A DNA stretch of 64,000 bases from Candidatus Cloacimonadales bacterium. GTDB taxonomy: Bacteria; Cloacimonadota; Cloacimonadia; Cloacimonadales; JAIOQZ01. Position 1 is the first letter of the stretch, and every line of letters starts with the position of its first letter. The stretch is from the NCBI GenBank assembly GCA_963662655.2, contig CAXXTU010000002.1:704001-768000 (forward strand). Reading direction: 5' to 3'. This document shows positions 58,877 to 64,000 of the stretch, in pieces. A model generated the notes under the pieces. It worked only from the letters and a program-made list of their open reading frames with translations. It was not told where the DNA came from and ran no database searches. The position numbers were made by a program, and so were the translations under genes.

Positions 58877-60463
58877 ATGGGACGTACGATGCGTAGAACG
58901 ATATTGCTTTCGCTTTTCATTCTGATTCTTCACGCAACCTTATGGGGACATTTCCCCGCAGATTCGCTGGCCGCGAGGCTGGATTCACTGCAAGTAACGA
59001 TTCAGTCCGCGCGTGAAGCCGGGGATTCCCTGGCGCTGACGGTGTTGTTCCAGCAGCGGGGAGCGTTGGCCAACCAGCTTGCGTTCATCCAATTGAACAG
59101 CCAGCCGCAGGATGCCGTTCGCTACGGCAATATTGCGCTGGAATCGGCAAAGCAGACAGCGGATACGCTTCTGGCGGCTCAAGCTCATTTGAACATCGGC
59201 TCGGGATACCTGCATCTGGAAGATTACCGCAACGCGGCCGAGCAGTTCCATGCCGCGCTCGGGATTTACGTTCGCAACGATAATCGTTACGGACAGTGCC
59301 TGAGTTTGAATTTCCTCGGCGTGATTTTCCGCGAGTTGGAGAATTACTCGAAATCGGAGGAGTATTTCCGGCGTTCGCTCGAAGCTGCCGGGGACGACAA
59401 GGCGATCCGCATCAGAATATTCTCCAATCTGGGAAACATGTACCTCAAGCAGAAGATGTTTACCGATGCGACCGACGCCTTCGAAGAGGCCTATTACCTC
59501 TCGGAGGAAATCGGCAACCACATCGAGGCGATCAACAGCAGGATCAGGATTGCAACGGTGCATCATGAAGCGGGGGAGCTGAACAGGGCGTATTCGGAGT
59601 ATCGGATGATTCTCCAGCAGAAGGACGTTCCGCAGAAGGCCGAGGTTCTCAACCGGATCGGGAAGGTACTGATGGATCGCAAGGATTATAGCCAGGCGAT
59701 TGATTACCTGCAGCAATCCGAAAAGGAATACATCCAGCTTGGCGATACCCTCCACGCGATTCCGGTCATGCAGAATCTGGCGCAGACGGAACTCGAACTG
59801 GGCGATCTCGACAAGGCGGTAAAGCGCTACTCGCAACTGGATGAAATGGGGAAGAAAATGCAAATTCCCAGCCTGATTCCAGGTGCAATACTGGGAATGA
59901 TCAAAGTTTACAGCGCGCAGAAGAAGATTGAGAAGGCGAATCAATTGTTCGAGCAATATATGCAGACATACGACAGCAAGGAATTCCTGCCGGTTACGCT
60001 GGATATCCTCAAGGCGATATCAGCAATGTATCGCGACCAGAACGACCTGCGCAAGGCCTTCGAGACATACGATCGCTATACGGATTATCTGACGCAGGTC
60101 CATAAGGTGGAGTTGGATAACCAACTCGTTGATCTGAAAGAACGATACGAAACGGAGCTGCTCGATTACCGTGAAGAGGTCGAGCACGAGAGGCAACTGA
60201 AGCGAGTTCTGGTAGAGCAATGGGACGACCGCGAGAAGAAGATTCATCAGCTACTGATCGATATCGAGAACCTCGAAAAAAATGTGAAGGAGAGGCAGAT
60301 CGCGTTAACGATCTTGCAGGAGCAACATGATCTGGAGAACGAGAAACACCGTCAGACGCTGACATTGTTGATCGCGATCGCTTCGGGGATGTTTGTTCTT
60401 GCGGGTTTGTTGTATTTCTTCTGGAAAAAGGAAAAGGGTCGTAGCAGGGTAGAGGGCGATTAA
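58877..60463 (+). CDS. Extracytoplasmic TPR protein with coiled coil and C-terminal TM anchor
   Basis: Signal peptide, many TPR motifs, LKERYETE, final TM and short tail. Confidence 0.8.
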   Translation: MGRTMRRTILLSLFILILHATLWGHFPADSLAARLDSLQVTIQSAREAGDSLALTVLFQQRGALANQLAFIQLNSQPQDAVRYGNIALESAKQTADTLLAAQAHLNIGSGYLHLEDYRNAAEQFHAALGIYVRNDNRYGQCLSLNFLGVIFRELENYSKSEEYFRRSLEAAGDDKAIRIRIFSNLGNMYLKQKMFTDATDAFEEAYYLSEEIGNHIEAINSRIRIATVHHEAGELNRAYSEYRMILQQKDVPQKAEVLNRIGKVLMDRKDYSQAIDYLQQSEKEYIQLGDTLHAIPVMQNLAQTELELGDLDKAVKRYSQLDEMGKKMQIPSLIPGAILGMIKVYSAQKKIEKANQLFEQYMQTYDSKEFLPVTLDILKAISAMYRDQNDLRKAFETYDRYTDYLTQVHKVELDNQLVDLKERYETELLDYREEVEHERQLKRVLVEQWDDREKKIHQLLIDIENLEKNVKERQIALTILQEQHDLENEKHRQTLTLLIAIASGMFVLAGLLYFFWKKEKGRSRVEGD

Positions 60464-60690
60464 CGTTCGCGAGTGTAATCGAAGCAGTTCTGAGTTGCAC
60501 GATGCCCACAGTCAACCCAGTGTTTACAGGATTTACACAATGATGTTTCCCATGCGCTTCGGAACCAGTGGGCGTTTTTTCTTATCCAGTCGACGACATA
60601 GGGACGGCCAGGATCCTGTTGTATCCGGCATCCTTCGCACCATTTATCGATCTCGATCTTACGAATCTGAACGTGCATGAACCTTTTCAT
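60460..60690 (-). CDS. Small Cys-rich hypothetical protein
   Basis: GAGGA RBS; CEGC, CKSC..DC..NC; IEIDKW..DPG..DWI..A.WFR. Confidence 0.7.
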   Translation of the reverse strand: MKRFMHVQIRKIEIDKWCEGCRIQQDPGRPYVVDWIRKNAHWFRSAWETSLCKSCKHWVDCGHRATQNCFDYTRER

Positions 60691-60749
60691 TTCATTCCTC
60701 TACTCAGCTTTCATGTGTTTATCGCTGCATGAAAGTTGTGTGAGTAATA

Positions 60750-60765
60750 TGCAAATTGTATTCCT
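60750..60765 (-). promoter_or_regulatory. Possible sigma-54 promoter
   Basis: Minus strand AGGAAT-ACAAT-TTGCA (GG-N10-GC), ~60 bp upstream of the small Cys-rich gene. Confidence 0.4.
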
Positions 60766-60798
60766 TTGAGCGCAATTCATTTTTTTTGTTGTTATAGG

Positions 60799-61662
60799 CT
60801 ATAAAACCCACTCTTCGTCGAGGTCTTTCAACGTCTCCTGTGCGAATTTATTGCCGAGTCGGGCTGCCTTGCGGAAAAAATGTATCATCATCGGGCGGTC
60901 GTCATTCATGTAGTGTACTGTTCCGATGACCGTATAGCACTGCTCGAGTTCGGGGTCGAATTCAATCGCTTTCTCGCAGGCTTCTACGGCTTTATCGAGG
61001 TCCCCTTTGCTGAGATAGGCCGTCCCAAGGTTCGCGTAGGCTTCCGCGTAGTGGGGGTTATTCTCGATGGCTTTCTTGCAGCTATCGATCGCTTCTTCAA
61101 CCTTTCCTTCCTGCAGATAGATATCCGACAGGTACTTGTAGGGCTCGGGCAGGTTGGATTTTAGCTGAATCGCTCTCTGGCAGTATTTCATGCAGCTTTT
61201 GTGGTCTTCTTTCTTGAGGAGCGCGTTTCCCATGATGCTGTATGCGATAGCCAGCGTCGGTTTCAGGGAGATTGCTTTGCGGGTGTTGGCGATGCCCTCT
61301 TTGAGCATACCCTTCATGACATAGGCCATTCCGAGATTGCAATACGCTTCCGCCAGATGTGGGTCGATCCCGATGGCGCGCTTGCAGTTCTCGATGCCTT
61401 TGTCGGGTTCATGCTGCATGATCTGCGCCCAGCCCATGACGCTGTAGGTCGTGGCGAGATGCGAATCCATCTGCATAGCGTGACGGCAGTACTCGATGCC
61501 TTTGTCGTACTCGCTCTGCATGATGTACGCTACTGCGATGTTCGTATAGGCAATCGCTGCGTGTTCACGCGACGGTATTACACGTTTACAGTATTCGATC
61601 CCTTTATCGTATTCGCCCCGCTGGATATGCTGCATGGCGATCCGAAGGAAATCTTCTGCCAT
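60799..61662 (-). CDS. TPR repeat protein
   Basis: About eight 34-aa repeats (AEAYCNLGMAY, AEAYANLGTAY); KAARLGNKFAQ cap. Confidence 0.9.
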   Translation of the reverse strand: MAEDFLRIAMQHIQRGEYDKGIEYCKRVIPSREHAAIAYTNIAVAYIMQSEYDKGIEYCRHAMQMDSHLATTYSVMGWAQIMQHEPDKGIENCKRAIGIDPHLAEAYCNLGMAYVMKGMLKEGIANTRKAISLKPTLAIAYSIMGNALLKKEDHKSCMKYCQRAIQLKSNLPEPYKYLSDIYLQEGKVEEAIDSCKKAIENNPHYAEAYANLGTAYLSKGDLDKAVEACEKAIEFDPELEQCYTVIGTVHYMNDDRPMMIHFFRKAARLGNKFAQETLKDLDEEWVL

Positions 61663-61791
61663 TTTCCGGTCGATAGGTCATACCTCCGTTTATGCATATA
61701 TAGTATTTGACGCGCGAAAATTGTCAACGGGTTTGTTAACGAAAGGTCAATTTCCGGGTGCGATTCGGGAAAGTAGAGCTCCACCGTTCCC

Positions 61792-61958
61792 GCGCGGCGG
61801 CGGCTTGGTAAGCCCTGCACCTCGGATATCTTTCCCTGCGAGAATTGATCAGGAATAGCTGAGCCAGGGAAACCATCCGAGGTTGATACGGGCTTACCGG
61901 CGCTGTTTGTCGAACGACAAATAGCGCTGTGTGCGAAGCACACAAGCCGCCGCCGCGC
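61792..61958. repeat. Four-way-junction palindromic element, copy C
   Basis: 15-bp GC outer stem enclosing a long GGTAAGCCC..GGGCTTACC arm, a 13-14-bp stem and GTGTGC-GAA-GCACAC. Confidence 0.8.
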
Positions 61959-61993
61959 TGAGTCGGGCAGACATACTCGAGTCAGCGAGTCGT

Positions 61994-62467
61994 TTACTGA
62001 CTGTCGTCTCCGTATTCTTCCAGGGGAATACCTCTTTCGGGCATCCATTCCGGCCAGTCGGAGAGCCATGCGGGAATGTGGGCCGTCCGTACACGATCGC
62101 AGACAGGGAAGTAAGCCTTCACATCCAGCACCGTTGTGCCATCGACCGCATCGATATCGGTTACGCGGATCACGCCATTCTCTTCGTCAACGCTTGCGAT
62201 GGGGCAAATACTCATGCCGATTGGATTGGGTCTGTATGGAGCCCTTGTGGCAAAGACGCCGGTAAGATGTTCAGGCGCGTACGGCGGGTTGGTCTGAAGC
62301 AGCTTCCGGTATTCTGGTGTATCCACGCCATGCGCCCACCAGAGTACGATGATGTGGCTGAACTGATCCAGCGCTTTCATGGCCGGACGGAACTCGGGGG
62401 CGAGCTCGATCGATAATGTTTCACCCCTCACAACCTTCCCGATTGGTTTTAATAGCATCTTTTCCAT
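61994..62467 (-). CDS. tsaA: TsaA/TrmO-family tRNA (t6A37)-N6-methyltransferase
   Basis: LKPIG, FSHIIVLWW, GVFATRAPYRPNPIGMS, DAVDGTTVLDVKAY. Confidence 0.85.
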   Translation of the reverse strand: MEKMLLKPIGKVVRGETLSIELAPEFRPAMKALDQFSHIIVLWWAHGVDTPEYRKLLQTNPPYAPEHLTGVFATRAPYRPNPIGMSICPIASVDEENGVIRVTDIDAVDGTTVLDVKAYFPVCDRVRTAHIPAWLSDWPEWMPERGIPLEEYGDDSQ

Positions 62468-62595
62468 GTGAACCTCCTGATTTTGATAACCAATAATAAA
62501 ATGCCTGTGGTTCGCTGTCTTGACTCTGGGTGCGCAAATTAGGACGAAAAGTTCCTTGATTGGCAATAGAATTGACTCTGGTTGTGATTAGAGGA

Positions 62596-63462
62596 TTAAA
62601 GTAGGGCGAATAGATAGACCGCCGAGATAAGGATTATGAAAGAGGAACCGGTTATCGAGATAATTTTCCAGACGATGGGATTCTGAAAGAAACGGGCGTT
62701 GCTCATCAACGAAGGAATTAGAGCAAACAGAGAAATTGCAAGACTCATCCCCAAGCCCATAACAAGGATCATCAAGATGGATAAACTCATGCTTTGCAAA
62801 ATGCTCAAACCGTAAATGCTGATCATCACGGCTCCCGGGCAGGGAACAAGCCCAACCGACAGGATAAGTCCCCAGAAAGACATGTTGCTGTGAGCATGAC
62901 CCTTCGAGAAAACCGATCGAATCAGCATGTAAAGTCCAATGGCAAGTAAAACGGTGAAAGCGATCTCTTCAATTCTGGTTCGAACAATATCTGACGTTCG
63001 GGATACAGGCGAATCAAACACGTAACTCAGCAGCACTACCAGCAGCAATGCCGCTATACTGTGAAGCAAGCCTATAGCGAAGCTGCCGATAAATGCTCGG
63101 GACGCCTTGAGCCTAGTTGAGAAAGCGAAGCTTGTGATGAAGACCTTTCCATGTCCAGGGCCAACCGCATGGATAAATCCATAAAAAAAAACGAGCGCAA
63201 GCGCGATCAGCAATCCAGAAAGGGAGTTCATGTCCTCCTTGTGTTTGTACAACTCGTTGCGGATATGAGCCTGCCAACTGGTTAACTTCAGTTTGGCTCT
63301 GGCGTGCCAGGGAATCGGAGCGTTTTTCATTGAAGTATCTGCGATAGTCCCTGAACGAACGGTGTCTCTCTTCGCATTGGTTTTGAAAAGCGGATTCTGC
63401 GCAGCAAGACTCGAAAGAGAGAAAAGGATCAGGAGTAGAGTAACGATCGCTGCTTGTTTCAT
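62596..63462 (-). CDS. Nickel/cobalt transporter (RcnA/NicO family)
   Basis: YGFIHAVGPGHGK, GLVPCPGA. Confidence 0.88.
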   Translation of the reverse strand: MKQAAIVTLLLILFSLSSLAAQNPLFKTNAKRDTVRSGTIADTSMKNAPIPWHARAKLKLTSWQAHIRNELYKHKEDMNSLSGLLIALALVFFYGFIHAVGPGHGKVFITSFAFSTRLKASRAFIGSFAIGLLHSIAALLLVVLLSYVFDSPVSRTSDIVRTRIEEIAFTVLLAIGLYMLIRSVFSKGHAHSNMSFWGLILSVGLVPCPGAVMISIYGLSILQSMSLSILMILVMGLGMSLAISLFALIPSLMSNARFFQNPIVWKIISITGSSFIILISAVYLFALL

Positions 63463-64000
63463 TTCGCGTCCAGAATAACCCAATAAGCCTTCACCGGCAA
63501 TTCACCGTACATGTCGAAGTTGATAAGCCTTTCGGAAATATGGGTATGGTATTTCCAGATTGCTGGAACGTTGATGTGAAAATCATCCTCCGATTTCATC
63601 TCGATGTATATGAAATACGTCGGATCGTAGCTCATAATCGTCAAGCTCCTGGCTTCTGAGCGAGGCAGCGGTACCGTGAATTGATAATGCAAACGTCCAT
63701 CGGACAATTCGGCAATGAAGTCGCTCACCGAATCAACCCTCACGGAGCTGTCGCCCAACTCGATATTGAGAAAGTAGTTGTATATCTCTACGTTGATAAA
63801 CGCTTCGTCATATAAGGTTTTCGTCTCGTTTTCATTGAAATGCCCGTCTTTGTCGACATCGTAATCAATGATGATGGATTCCGTAAAATATTCGTCAAAC
63901 AACCATTGAACTACAATTTGGGTGAATCCGCCTTCGTCGGCAGTGACCTCAGCGTTGAAATCGATGAACGAATGAGGGTGGGCAAAGAGCCTTGTGCTCA
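63459..64000 (-). CDS. DUF1007 family periplasmic protein, 5' end beyond the window
   Basis: AHPHSFID, WLFDEYFT, DxDxDG loop, YDPTYF; adjacent to the RcnA-like gene. Confidence 0.85.
   Translation of the reverse strand, partial: STRLFAHPHSFIDFNAEVTADEGGFTQIVVQWLFDEYFTESIIIDYDVDKDGHFNENETKTLYDEAFINVEIYNYFLNIELGDSSVRVDSVSDFIAELSDGRLHYQFTVPLPRSEARSLTIMSYDPTYFIYIEMKSEDDFHINVPAIWKYHTHISERLINFDMYGELPVKAYWVILDAK

Noticed and set aside
61792..61958. SRP RNA or 6S RNA
   Set aside because: Lacks the SRP helix-8 GGAA tetraloop/AGCAG motif and the 6S central bubble; its fold matches the two other junction elements

Overview
This is a 64 kb bacterial chromosomal window with moderately high GC. It probably comes from an anaerobic FCB-group organism such as Candidatus Cloacimonadota. 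That is an inference from four secreted proteins ending in the 'NYPNPFNP...RKMLLxK' FlgD-Ig/T9SS-like sorting domain, together with NifJ-type PFOR and phosphate butyryltransferase. Most of the window is housekeeping, envelope and secreted-enzyme genes: wecB, pullulanase, a tRNA nucleotidyltransferase, recO, glmS, natAB-like ABC transporter, creD, ptb, nifJ, tsaA and tmRNA. No CRISPR array, rRNA, tRNA, integrase or transposase was seen. Six observations stand out. (1) Three intergenic elements (21592-21707, 44600-44710, 61792-61958) differ in sequence but fold into the same four-way junction with a cGNAg mini-hairpin, and all lie in the same orientation relative to local transcription. (2) A response-regulator receiver domain is fused to what looks like a complete but catalytically dead McrB restriction GTPase, with no mcrC nearby. 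(3) An AT-rich type II restriction-modification cassette sits inside a terminator between 22-bp direct repeats, and its endonuclease is frameshifted in a G run. (4) A second AT-richer gene is bracketed by twin terminators. (5) The first ~1.07 kb looks like the end of a mobile element, with hairpins, a recombinase-like small ORF and a DnaA-box cluster. (6) There is a +1 frameshift at TTT TAA in a TPR/outer-membrane gene and a mosaic tandem kinase duplication. All family calls come from motif recognition by eye; no database searches were run.
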